From: an uncultured Solibacteraceae bacterium
Lineage (GTDB): Bacteria > Acidobacteriota > Vicinamibacteria > Vicinamibacterales > SCN-69-37
DNA: 64,000 nt
NCBI GenBank assembly: GCA_964423815.1
Contig: CAYRGW010000003.1
Coordinates: 45,731 to 109,730 of the forward strand
Direction: 5' to 3'
Shown here: in pieces, positions 17,301 to 26,044 of the stretch
Layout of the letters: every line of letters starts with the position of its first letter
Position numbering within the stretch: the first letter of the stretch is position 1
Notes under the pieces: generated by a model
Databases searched by the model: none
Told to the model about the DNA's origin: nothing
What the model saw: only the letters and a program-made list of their open reading frames with translations
Position numbers and translations under genes: made by a program

Positions 17301-17965
17301 GAACGTTGTGTCGCGGCGTCGTACTGGCGGACCGATTCAATGATGTCGCCGATGAACTCCAGGCGAATCGGTTGCGCTTCGGACGTGGGGTAGAGGTCCA
17401 CCACGCCACCGCGGACAAAAAACTCGCCGTGCTGGTCGACGGGATCCTCGGGGACAAATCCTGCGTCCACGAGTCGTTCACGCAGGACCTGCGGATCGAT
17501 CTCGATGCCTGGCTTGAGGAACAGGCTTGCCTCGGCGAACCTCGCAGGGTCGCTCAGCCGTGGCGGGAGCGCGCGTGCGGAGGCAATAACAAGCCGGGCC
17601 GAGCCGGTCGTCAGCCCGGTCAGCGCCCGGGCACGGGCCGATGCCACCTCAAGGTGGGGGGCGAGTCCGCGGTATGGGTCCACTTCCTGGGAGGGAAAGG
17701 GCAGGACGGCCTGGGCGACCTGGCCGTCGGAGAGTCCGAGCATCGCGCCGAGGAAAAATCGCGCGTCGCCGGTCATTTGTTCGACGTCGGCGTCTGTCGG
17801 GACGACCAGCACCACCACCGAATCCTGGGCCATCGCCGCCGCATGAAATGCGGTGGCGCCTGGTCCGAGGCCGGCCAGACGAGGCACGGCCCTGGTCAGG
17901 CCCGCGCGGGATGCGGCTGACTTGAGGAGCGAACGAAAGGCGAGCGACGCAGACGGATGGAGCAC
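14369..17965 (-). CDS. mfd: Transcription-repair coupling factor Mfd
   Basis: 1198 aa. It has a UvrB-homology N-terminus, the CarD/RNAP-interaction domain (..DLKVGDLVVHIDNGIGRFVGL..), and superfamily-2 translocase motifs (..LLCGDVGYGKTEVA.., DEEQRFGV, ..QLYQLRGRVGRS..). Confidence 0.95.
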   Translation of the reverse strand: MLHPSASLAFRSLLKSAASRAGLTRAVPRLAGLGPGATAFHAAAMAQDSVVVLVVPTDADVEQMTGDARFFLGAMLGLSDGQVAQAVLPFPSQEVDPYRGLAPHLEVASARARALTGLTTGSARLVIASARALPPRLSDPARFAEASLFLKPGIEIDPQVLRERLVDAGFVPEDPVDQHGEFFVRGGVVDLYPTSEAQPIRLEFIGDIIESVRQYDAATQRSLKALDAITLSPQRDLLPKPGFDDSAESALAGEADDRSASFIAYARRAGATVLVYEIDDVTQKGMSLEEQWRQSAADALARNPATPAFEHFAQPWEEIAGWLDKARRISQLALDDTNDVHVPCQPVLEYRGRLGDWVEEIRRAQQRGETTVFVAATQGRAERTMELLAGYEVRARAIGDNEDLTRAQVLVTTGHLSRGFHLPTGTFLIFAETDLFEEERRSGEKRKSAARTFVSDFRDLKVGDLVVHIDNGIGRFVGLRKMAVGVGEPQEFMELRYAGEDKMFVPLDRLDLVQKYTGGATASLDKLGGATWEKAKTRVKKAMRDMAEELLKLYAARKAVVGHAFTADSHWQQEFDDAFPYDLTPDQQSAINDITRDMESTIPMDRLLCGDVGYGKTEVAMRAAFKAVMDGKQVAFLAPTTVLAFQHERTLKERFAGFPVRIDMVSGFRTKSEQQQALEKLASGQLDIIVGTHRLLSKDVAFRDLGLLVVDEEQRFGVSHKERIKQMRKKVDVLTMTATPIPRTLNMSLVGIRDMSVIETPPRDRLSIQTHVVKFDQDVIARAMRTELERGGQIYFVHNRVESIGSIAGLIQRLVPEVKIGIGHGQMGDGDLEKVMVDFVAHKYDVLVATTIVENGLDISNANTIIINRADRYGLSQLYQLRGRVGRSDRRAYAYLLIPPEQTLSPIARKRLAAIREFSDLGSGFRIAALDLEIRGAGNLLGGQQSGHIEAVGFDMYTKLLEETIRELKGEELEDDRRAAVNLKLNLRIDESYITDMNQRLAAYRRMASVRTVAEVDALITELSDRYGHMPESVLNLGEYARIRVTADRIGLDTLDREGNNVVFRFRQDAKLDPVWLLNMVQNRSDLTLLPPAVIKLDMTKPVGPPAQPKPVNAPPPGKLKPKSELPGQGRYIKTARPIDVPGRESWWATRATAGEVTGGFSRQEVLAEVPPDPRAPGGLFERVRQVLDEVARGLTTG

Positions 17966-18002
17966 AGGTGGTGCGACCCACCATGGTAACGCAGTGGGGG
18001 CG

Positions 18003-18479
18003 CTACTTCAGTGGGCGGGACTGCACAGTGGTCACGATATTGGTGGTGGACCAGCCTTGTTCGATGGGCATCCGGACCACCGTGCCGCCGCGGGCCTCAA
18101 CAACATCGCGTCCGACGATCTTGTCCGCCGCCCAATCGGCGCCCTTCACCAGGACGTCCGGTTGCACGGCCGAGATGATCTCGAACGGCGTGTCTTCGTC
18201 AAAAACGACGACCGCGTCGACGCAGGCCAGGGCACCGAGGATCTCGGCACGTTCGTGTTCCGGGGTGATCGGGCGGGTGGGGCCCTTGATGGCACTCACC
18301 GATCTGTCCGAGTTGAGTCCGATGATGAGGGTGTCCCCTTCAGCCCTCGCGGCCTGTAAGTACCGGACGTGGCCGGGGTGCAGAATGTCGAACACGCCGT
18401 TGGTAAAGACGATGCGTTTGCCGGCCGCGCGTGTGCGCGTGGCCCAGTCCGCCGCCGCGGCTCGAGAGGTCAGAAACAC
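18003..18479 (-). CDS. D-beta-D-heptose-1-phosphate adenylyltransferase-like cytidylyltransferase (RfaE/HldE domain II family)
   Basis: The motifs ..RIVFTNGVFDILHPGHVRYLQAARAEGDTLIIGLNSDRSV.. and ..VLVKGADW..GG.V..STT.I are present. The ORF track extends to 18584, but that extension (MAWLKPPPYRANALQ..) is encoded by REP elements. I therefore prefer the in-frame GTG at 18479. Confidence 0.75.
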   Translation of the reverse strand: MFLTSRAAAADWATRTRAAGKRIVFTNGVFDILHPGHVRYLQAARAEGDTLIIGLNSDRSVSAIKGPTRPITPEHERAEILGALACVDAVVVFDEDTPFEIISAVQPDVLVKGADWAADKIVGRDVVEARGGTVVRMPIEQGWSTTNIVTTVQSRPLK

Positions 18480-18537
18480 CCCGCTAGGGTAGCAGACCGC
18501 GCCGTTCGTCTTCGTTGTCCATCTTCGTAGGGCGGCG

Positions 18538-18660
18538 GCTTGTAGGGCGTTGGCTCTGTAGGGCGGTGGCTTCAGCCACGCCATGGTGCGTCTTCGTAGG
18601 GCAGCGGCTTTGCAGGGCGTTTTCGTAGGGCGTTGGCTTTAGCCACGCCATCGCGTCCTG
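18538..18660. repeat. REP-like array with five GTAGGGC-type units
   Basis: Units start at 18538, 18553, 18569, 18607 and 18636. Examples are GTAGGGCGGTGGCTTCAGCCACGCC and GTAGGGCGTTGGCTTTAGCCACGCC. Each carries a GGCT-N2-AGCC hairpin core. Confidence 0.75.
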
Positions 18661-18686
18661 AACCGCGCCAATCGACTTCGCCCCAG

Positions 18687-18889
18687 CGCCAGCGCATGGG
18701 TGAATCCCAGTGGTGCCCTCCGGCTCGATGACGCGTAAAAAGCGGTGCTCCAGGGGGTTCGTCTCGTCGTCCAGCGCGTGGGGCCCCCCAGCCCCACGCG
18801 GAGTCACCCCCATCCGCGCCGCTTTTTGTGCTTCGCCCTCGCGTCACTCGCAGTCGGGCACCACCGGGATCCGCCCATCCGCTGGCGCC
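18687..18889. repeat. Left copy of a ~204-bp inverted repeat flanking the HNH gene
   Basis: It aligns by eye with the reverse complement of 20017-20220 at roughly 80-85% identity. A 46-nt perfect core at 18813-18858 matches 20048-20093. There is an internal long imperfect palindrome, AAAAAGCGG..CGCGTGGGG-loop-CCCCACGCG..CCGCTTTTT. Confidence 0.8.
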
Positions 18890-18917
18890 TCGTCCCTCTC
18901 CGTGGGGCGGTGGCTTT

Positions 18918-18942
18918 GTAGGGCGGTGGCTTTAGCCACGCC
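18918..18942. repeat. REP-like unit between the left inverted repeat and the HNH gene
   Basis: The sequence is GTAGGGCGGTGGCTTTAGCCACGCC. Together with its following ~20 nt (ATCGCGTCTTGAACCGCGCC) it nearly duplicates 18636-18680. Confidence 0.7.
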
Positions 18943-19035
18943 ATCGCGTCTTGAACCGCGCCGTCTTTCTTCGTAGGGCGCGGTGAACTTGAACCGCGCT
19001 AACGCTCGATCACAGGCTGGGTTCGTCGGGTGCGC

Positions 19036-20007
19036 TCAGGAAGTGCCGCGGCCGAATATGTTCACCCGGTGGTATTCAAGAAAGGCCTGCTGTTCACGGT
19101 TGAACTGACCAACTCGAACGCCAGCGTCAATCCCCCATTTCTCAAGCACCTCTGACCTGACGGAAGGAACAACAAGCAATTGTTCATCCGATGAGAAGGT
19201 CACATAGCCTTTGTCGAATAGATGGTCGACGTGCGGAGACAGAAGTAGACCGTTTTCTCCAGAGAGGCGTTCCGTATCAGTAGCGGTTTTCCACGGTTTG
19301 ATGTGGCTGGCCCTCAGATGTTTCGGATCGGATACGCCTGTGACCCGGCAGCTCTCTTCGACGAGGAGCACGTTCGCTCGAAACACGCCCTGGCCACGTC
19401 TGGCCTTGATCAGTTGATCACGGAAGGTGGGGCCAAGCGTCGACAGGGTCTCTGAGTCGTCCGGAAGTTCCTCGTCTGGTGTGTTCGGAAATCCCGTTAC
19501 TGATGACAGTGCCTCTTCGTACTGATCGAAGCCAATCAACTGAATCAGCGCGTGGGCAAGGTGATCGGGGACCGCCGCGAGGTAGACAGACTGCAGTCCG
19601 TTCCCATTGGCCTGAAGTGGCGAATACTTCGTCGGCAGAAAAGGGCGAAGGACATCAATGTGATCCTTGGGCCGGATTGGCCGATCAAACTCGCAATAAA
19701 AGACAGGAACAAACCACCCTTCCTGTGACCAGTTCAGGCCAGCGCTTCCAAAGTTTGGTTTCGGTCCAATCTGGGCTCGTCCAACGACTACGGACAGGGC
19801 CTGAATCCTCGTGTTGTTGAAAGAGAAGACGACGTCCCCAGGTTCCAGGAGACGCATATTCTCGTAGAACTCGTTTCGTGCGCCATCAGTACGCGTTCTG
19901 GGAGACCAAAGGAAGTTTCCCTTCAGCTCTGTCTCGTAGGTTTGATTCTGGTTCACCCACCAGTAGCGCACGAATGGGATTATGCGCCGAATCGGGTGCG
20001 CTGACAT
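19036..20007 (-). CDS. HNH_2-type nuclease with an N-terminal 'WWVNQNQ' PUA/EVE-like reader-type domain; putative modification-dependent (type IV-like) restriction enzyme
   Basis: The C-terminal nuclease motif reads RGQGVFRANVLLVEESCRVTGVSDPKHLRASHIKPW......NGLLLSPHVDHLFDKGYVTF. The N-terminus reads RYWWVNQNQTYETELKGNFLWSPRTRTDGARNEFYENMRLLEPGDVVFSF. I chose the start at Met78 of the track ORF (20007) because residues 1-77 are encoded by the flanking repeat. Two hand-counted 60-nt samples give 48-53% GC, against about 60-65% for the background. Confidence 0.75.
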   Translation of the reverse strand: MSAHPIRRIIPFVRYWWVNQNQTYETELKGNFLWSPRTRTDGARNEFYENMRLLEPGDVVFSFNNTRIQALSVVVGRAQIGPKPNFGSAGLNWSQEGWFVPVFYCEFDRPIRPKDHIDVLRPFLPTKYSPLQANGNGLQSVYLAAVPDHLAHALIQLIGFDQYEEALSSVTGFPNTPDEELPDDSETLSTLGPTFRDQLIKARRGQGVFRANVLLVEESCRVTGVSDPKHLRASHIKPWKTATDTERLSGENGLLLSPHVDHLFDKGYVTFSSDEQLLVVPSVRSEVLEKWGIDAGVRVGQFNREQQAFLEYHRVNIFGRGTS

Positions 20008-20016
20008 GCGCGGCGG

Positions 20017-20220
20017 GGCGACAGCGTGTGGCCGGATTCCCGTGGGGCCCGACTGCGAGTGACGCGAGGGCGAAGCACAAAAAGCGGCGCGGACGGGGGC
20101 GACACCGGATGGGGCTGGGGGTCCCCATGCGCTGGACGACCAGACAAAGTCCCGGGAGTGCCGCTTTTTCCGCGTCATCGAGCCGGAGGGCCACAGCGGG
20201 GATCCGGCCACGCGCTGGCG
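20017..20220. repeat. Right copy of the ~204-bp inverted repeat flanking the HNH gene
   Basis: This is the reverse-complement partner of 18687-18889 and begins 10 nt upstream of the HNH start codon. It has the same internal A5-GCGG...CCGC-T5 palindrome. Confidence 0.8.
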
Positions 20221-20255
20221 TGGGGTCGCGGCCTTCAAGGCAGGCCGCCTGCTTT

Positions 20256-20325
20256 GGCGGGGCTAAAGCCCTCGCCCTACACAGAATGGCGAAACACATT
20301 GGCCTGGCTGAAGCCCAGGCCCTAC
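20256..20325. repeat. Two REP-like units to the right of the cassette
   Basis: The units are GGCGGGGCTAAAGCCCTCGCCCTAC (20256-20280) and GGCCTGGCTGAAGCCCAGGCCCTAC (20301-20325). They are in the opposite orientation to the 18.5-kb array. Confidence 0.75.
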
Positions 20326-20351
20326 ATGGCGAAGGGGATTAGGAAGGCGTG

Positions 20352-21701
20352 TTACTTCAGGGGTTTGAACTTCACGCCTGGGGAGAATTCCCAGGTGTGT
20401 TTCGGACGGTAGATGCCGACGTCCTTGATGCGGGACTTCACGCGGAAGGTGTGGAGCAGGCGATGGTAGTCGTACGGGGCGCCGTCGCGTTTGTGCACGG
20501 CGACGTCGAGTTTGTACGTGCCCTCGACGAGGTCCAGCGAGTCGATCACCAGGGTGACCTTCTGGTCACCTTCGAGGCGGTCGGCCTCAAATTCCTCAAG
20601 GTCGGTGTTGGTGCCGTAGACCGATACGCCGTCGGCGGTGAACAACCCGACGCCAAATACGAAGTCACGCACAGGCGACGTCGCACGGATACCCAGACTC
20701 ACGCGCATGGGCTCACCTGTGTGAAACACCTGCGTCGGCTGGCCATCGGTCGTCTCGAAGGCAACCGACGTAATCTCCACGCCGCCTGATCCCCAGCGGC
20801 CTTCGCCGGCGCGGTTCATGTCGGTGGAGACTTCTGTCGCGTCGACCGGTCCCGCCTTCGCCACGGCTTCGGCGGGCAAGCCCGCTGAGTTTTCCAGCTC
20901 GCCTGCACCCAGACGCGCTTTTTCGTCCGACGCCTTGAGGAAACGTTCTTCCTGGCGAGCCACGTCGGTCACGTAGGTACCGACGACACGCGTCGGGTCG
21001 CCTTCGGCCTTCTTCTCACCAGCATCGAGCCAGACGGCTTCGTCGCAGAATCGCTCGACCAGGCCAAGGGAGTGGGTGACAAGGAGAATGGTCTTGCCGC
21101 GACGTTTGAACTCGCCGAACTTGTCGAGACACTTGTGCGTGAAGCCTTCATCACCGACGGCCAGCACTTCATCCACCAGCAACACGTCCGGGTCCACGTG
21201 AATGGCCACGGCGAAACCCAGGCGCATATACATGCCGGACGAGTAGGTCTTAACAGGCGCGTCGATGAACTCGGTCAGTTCGGCAAACTCAACGATCTCG
21301 TCGAACCGCCTGGTGATCTCCTTTTTGGAGAGTCCAAGCATGATGCCGTTGATAAAAACGTTTTCGCGACCAGAGATTTCAGGATGGAAACCGGCGCCAA
21401 GTTCGATCAGCGCCGAGATGCGGCCTTCGACTTTCACTACGCCGATCGTGGGTTTCGTGATGCCCGCGACGAGTTTCAGCGCGGTGCTTTTGCCGGAACC
21501 GTTACGACCAACGACGCCGTACGTGCAGCCTTTCGGCACGGTGAACGAGACATTCTTCAGCGCCTGAAACGTTTCCTCTGGGCGGAGTCGGCGGACCAGG
21601 TCTCCAGAAAGCAGCGCGCTCTTCAGCGTGGAGAACTGGCGGCCGCCGTAACGGCGATAGATCTTCGAGACGTCAATGAGCTCAATCGCAGGCGAACTCA
21701 T
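20352..21701 (-). CDS. ABC transporter ATP-binding protein (Wzt/TagH-like polysaccharide exporter with a C-terminal substrate-binding-type domain)
   Basis: 449 aa. It has Walker A GRNGSGKST, the signature YSSGMYMRLGFA, Walker B LLVDEVLAVGD, and a ~200-aa beta-rich C-terminal extension. Confidence 0.88.
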   Translation of the reverse strand: MSSPAIELIDVSKIYRRYGGRQFSTLKSALLSGDLVRRLRPEETFQALKNVSFTVPKGCTYGVVGRNGSGKSTALKLVAGITKPTIGVVKVEGRISALIELGAGFHPEISGRENVFINGIMLGLSKKEITRRFDEIVEFAELTEFIDAPVKTYSSGMYMRLGFAVAIHVDPDVLLVDEVLAVGDEGFTHKCLDKFGEFKRRGKTILLVTHSLGLVERFCDEAVWLDAGEKKAEGDPTRVVGTYVTDVARQEERFLKASDEKARLGAGELENSAGLPAEAVAKAGPVDATEVSTDMNRAGEGRWGSGGVEITSVAFETTDGQPTQVFHTGEPMRVSLGIRATSPVRDFVFGVGLFTADGVSVYGTNTDLEEFEADRLEGDQKVTLVIDSLDLVEGTYKLDVAVHKRDGAPYDYHRLLHTFRVKSRIKDVGIYRPKHTWEFSPGVKFKPLK

Positions 21702-22486
21702 ACGGCCTCCGCAAACGAGTCCCGCAGACGATCAAAGACCCAATAGGCCGCGAAGAACAGGACGATCGAGGCCGCGCCCAGCGCCAGCAGCCACCATTTG
21801 TGACCGAAGGGGCCATCAAAAAAGAGGATTTCCTGGTAGGAGATCGCGAGGTGCGTGAAGGGGTTCAGATCGAAATATTTCTTGTATTCCGGATACTGCT
21901 GGTACGAATAGATGATCGGTGTCGTAAAAAACCAGAACGTCAGCAGGTTGGACACGAGATCCTTGACATCACGGAAGTGCACAGCCAGCGCAGAAAGCAA
22001 CAGTGCCAGCGCCGCCGTGAAGATGAACTGCACGACGAGGACCACCAGGAACCAGGGCAGCTCGATCCAGTCGGGTGTCACACCGTAATAGATCATGAAG
22101 ATGATCAGAATCGGCAGTCCCAGCATGAAGTGCGCCATGTTCGCCAGGATCGTCACAATCGGGAGCACTTCAGCCGGGAACAGCACCTTCTTGATCAGAT
22201 TGCCACCGGAGATCAGCGAGCCGGTCGCTTCGTTCATTGACGACTGGAACCACGTCCACGGCAGCAGGCCCGTAAACATGAACACCGCGTACGGCTGAAT
22301 GCCCTCGGTCCGGTTCTGCAGGATCGTCGCGAAGACGAAGCTGTAGATCAACAACAGCATCAACGGGTTCACGAAGGACCAGAAGAACCCGAGGAAACTA
22401 CCGCGATACCGCGCCTTCAGGTCGCGCGCCACGAGGCTCTGAATGAGTCCGCGATACCGCATCAGTTTCCTGAGGTTATCGATCAT
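21698..22486 (-). CDS. ABC-2-type transporter permease (Wzm-like)
   Basis: 262 aa with six hydrophobic segments and the ABC-2 N-terminal motif ..LVARDLKARYRGSFLGFFWSF.NP. It overlaps both neighbouring genes by 4 nt. Confidence 0.88.
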   Translation of the reverse strand: MIDNLRKLMRYRGLIQSLVARDLKARYRGSFLGFFWSFVNPLMLLLIYSFVFATILQNRTEGIQPYAVFMFTGLLPWTWFQSSMNEATGSLISGGNLIKKVLFPAEVLPIVTILANMAHFMLGLPILIIFMIYYGVTPDWIELPWFLVVLVVQFIFTAALALLLSALAVHFRDVKDLVSNLLTFWFFTTPIIYSYQQYPEYKKYFDLNPFTHLAISYQEILFFDGPFGHKWWLLALGAASIVLFFAAYWVFDRLRDSFAEAV

Positions 22487-23271
22487 GGCACCTGCACCAG
22501 AATCACGGTGATGTTGTCCGGGCCGCCGGCAGCATTGGCCGCGTCGATCAACTCAGCAGCCAATGGTCCAAGGTTCAACGGTCCATGGTCCAGGGTTCGG
22601 TTGGTCAAGATCTTCTCGATGTCCTCGAGGGTCACGACCGAGGACAATCCGTCCGAACAAATCATCAGGAGGTCGCCTGACTGCGTCGTGACCTCAGCGG
22701 TCTCGACTTCCGGATCGTCAGCGCCGGAAATGGCGCGTGTGACGACGTTGCGCCAGGGATGGCGCTGCGCGTCTTCGTCGGTCAACGCTCCGGCGCGGAC
22801 CTGTTCGCCCACCCACGAGTGGTCGTGCGTGAGTTGCTGGAGTCGATTGCCGCGCAGCAAATACACGCGCGAATCGCCCACATGCGCGAGGTGCGCGTGG
22901 CCATCCTTGCCGAGCAACACGGCCGCAGCCGTGGTGGCCATGCCTTTGAGGGCCGGCTCTGCGGCGATCCCGGATGCGACACGCCGATTCGCCAGACGAA
23001 ACGCCGCAATGAGGCGGTTGGCCTCAAGCGACTTCGAGGTCTCGTACGGGAACGGCCAGGTCTGATTAAGATCGGCGTCGCGCGTGTCGTTGATAAACGA
23101 CTCGATGGTCTGCACGGTGAGGCCCGACGCGACCTCGCCCGCTTCGTGGCCACCCATGCCGTCGGCGACGACGTACAGGCCGAGGTCGGGCCGTTCGCGG
23201 AAGGCGTCTTCGTTGCTCTCTCGTCGCAGACCCGTGTGGGTGACGGCGGCTGACGACACCTCGGACATCAC
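22483..23271 (-). CDS. PP2C-family Ser/Thr protein phosphatase (Stp-like)
   Basis: 262 aa with the motifs ..GLRRESNEDAF..YVVADGMGGHEAGEVAS.. and ..LMICSDGLS.. plus the C-terminal GGPDNITVILV. Confidence 0.9.
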   Translation of the reverse strand: MMSEVSSAAVTHTGLRRESNEDAFRERPDLGLYVVADGMGGHEAGEVASGLTVQTIESFINDTRDADLNQTWPFPYETSKSLEANRLIAAFRLANRRVASGIAAEPALKGMATTAAAVLLGKDGHAHLAHVGDSRVYLLRGNRLQQLTHDHSWVGEQVRAGALTDEDAQRHPWRNVVTRAISGADDPEVETAEVTTQSGDLLMICSDGLSSVVTLEDIEKILTNRTLDHGPLNLGPLAAELIDAANAAGGPDNITVILVQVP

Positions 23272-23273
23272 CC

Positions 23274-23683
23274 TCAGCGTCGTCGTGCGTGTTGCGACAC
23301 CTGGAGGCGCGTGATGGCGCGCAGCAACGCGAGGCGTGCGCGCTCGTAGTCCATCTCGTTGCCGCCGCGCGCGACCTGCGCGAGATTTTCTTCAGCGCGG
23401 TGTTTGGCCGCTTCGGCGCGGGCCAGATCAATGTCGTCGGCCTTCTCGGCGATGCGCGCGAGAATGGTGACGCGATCGGGGAGAATCTCGGCAAAACCGA
23501 AACCGACAAAGCCGAAGAACTTCTCGGTGCCCTTGCGGTACCACATCGGTCCGACCTTGAGCGCCACGAGCATCGGCGTGTGACCGGGCAACACCCCGAG
23601 GAATCCTTCCTCGCCAGGCAGTTGCACCTCGTCCACTTCCTCGTGGGCGATCATGCGCTCCGGTGAGACGAATTCGAGTTTCA

Positions 23684-23684
<1 letters not shown>
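23274..23684 (-). CDS. atpC: F1 ATP synthase subunit epsilon
   Basis: 136 aa, with ..PGEEGFLGVLPGHTPMLVALKVG.. and a helical C-terminus. Confidence 0.92.
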
Positions 23685-25171
<1,487 letters not shown>

Positions 25172-26038
25172 CTACTGTGCCTGGGCGCCAGACACGACTT
25201 CGATAATTTCCCGGGTAATTGCCGCCTGCCGCACCTTGTTCATGGTGAGCGTCAAGCCTTCGATCATTTCCGCCGAATTGCGGGTGGCCGCATCCATCGC
25301 CGTCATACGCGCGGCGTGTTCCGCTGCGGCTGATTCCAGCAACGCTCGCAGGATCTGTGCTTCCACCAACCGGGGCAACAACTCGTCAAAGATGCGCTGC
25401 GGTGACGGCTCGTACAGATAGTCAATCGCGCCGGTCTTGGTGGCTTCGACTTCAATCGGCTGCATCGGCAACAGCTGCTCAATCACGAGCTTCTGCGCAA
25501 TCACGGACTTGAACTCGTTGTAGACCAGGTGGACGCTGTCCACCTTGCCGTCAATGAAGTCCTCCATCGCCGGCTTGGCGACGGCTTCCGCTTCATTAAA
25601 CGAGATCACTTTCGGCAGCGCGGTGTATTCAAAACGAATCGGGAACCCGCGGCGGCCCAGGGCTTCGCGCCCCTTCTTGCCCACCAGGCCCAACGCCACT
25701 TCGCGTCCCGCGTTCTCACGCAGGTACTGGCCGACGGCCTTCACGATGTTGGTGTTGAAGCTGCCGCACAATCCGCGGTCACTGCTCAGCACAATCAGCA
25801 TCGTCTTGCCCGTCTTCACGCCGGCGCGCTGGACGAGCAGGGGATGCTGGGTCTGGTCCACACGCGCGGCGATGCTGGCCAACACGTGTTTGGCCTGAAT
25901 CGCAAACGGCCGCGTGGCCACCACACGTTCCTGCGCGCGACGCAGCTTGGACGCGGCGACCATTTTCATGGCCTTCGTGATCTGCTGCGTGTTCTTGACG
26001 GCGCGAATGCGCCGACGCATGTCAATCAGTGAGGGCAT
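25172..26038 (-). CDS. atpG: F1 ATP synthase subunit gamma
   Basis: 288 aa. The N-terminus reads ..IRAVKNTQQITKAMKMVAASKLRRAQ.. and the C-terminus reads ..NKVRQAAITREIIEVVSGA. Confidence 0.95.
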   Translation of the reverse strand: MPSLIDMRRRIRAVKNTQQITKAMKMVAASKLRRAQERVVATRPFAIQAKHVLASIAARVDQTQHPLLVQRAGVKTGKTMLIVLSSDRGLCGSFNTNIVKAVGQYLRENAGREVALGLVGKKGREALGRRGFPIRFEYTALPKVISFNEAEAVAKPAMEDFIDGKVDSVHLVYNEFKSVIAQKLVIEQLLPMQPIEVEATKTGAIDYLYEPSPQRIFDELLPRLVEAQILRALLESAAAEHAARMTAMDAATRNSAEMIEGLTLTMNKVRQAAITREIIEVVSGAQAQ

Positions 26039-26044
26039 CGGTTC

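Larger units (their letters stand above)
18687..20220. mobile_element. Candidate inverted-repeat-bounded cassette (MITE-pair / composite-like) carrying only the HNH nuclease gene
   Basis: It has ~204-bp terminal inverted repeats, low-GC cargo and flanking REP arrays. It sits between two unrelated housekeeping genes. No transposase is present and I did not identify target-site duplications. Confidence 0.4.

Noticed and set aside
18538-18985. Possible CRISPR array, because of the many closely spaced GTAGGGC-type repeats.
   Set aside because: The repeat units are about 25 nt, irregularly spaced (0-15 nt apart) and degenerate. There are no unique spacers of 30-40 nt and no cas genes. The same unit occurs singly elsewhere, which is REP-like behaviour.
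18687-20220. IscB/HEARO-type (omega-RNA guided) HNH system, because an HNH gene is flanked by structured ~200-nt elements.
   Set aside because: The protein is only 323 aa, has no RuvC-like segments, and carries the HNH_2 motif plus a reader-like N-terminus. The flanking elements are two copies of the same palindromic unit rather than a single large guide-RNA scaffold.
20008-20238. 77-codon N-terminal extension of the HNH ORF (MKAATPRQRVAGSPLWPSGSMTRKKRHSRDF..).
   Set aside because: It is encoded entirely by the right inverted repeat. The left copy yields the same 'peptide' (..SGSMTRKKRCSRGF..) in a non-genic context. The conserved protein begins at ..RYWWVNQ.. just after Met78.
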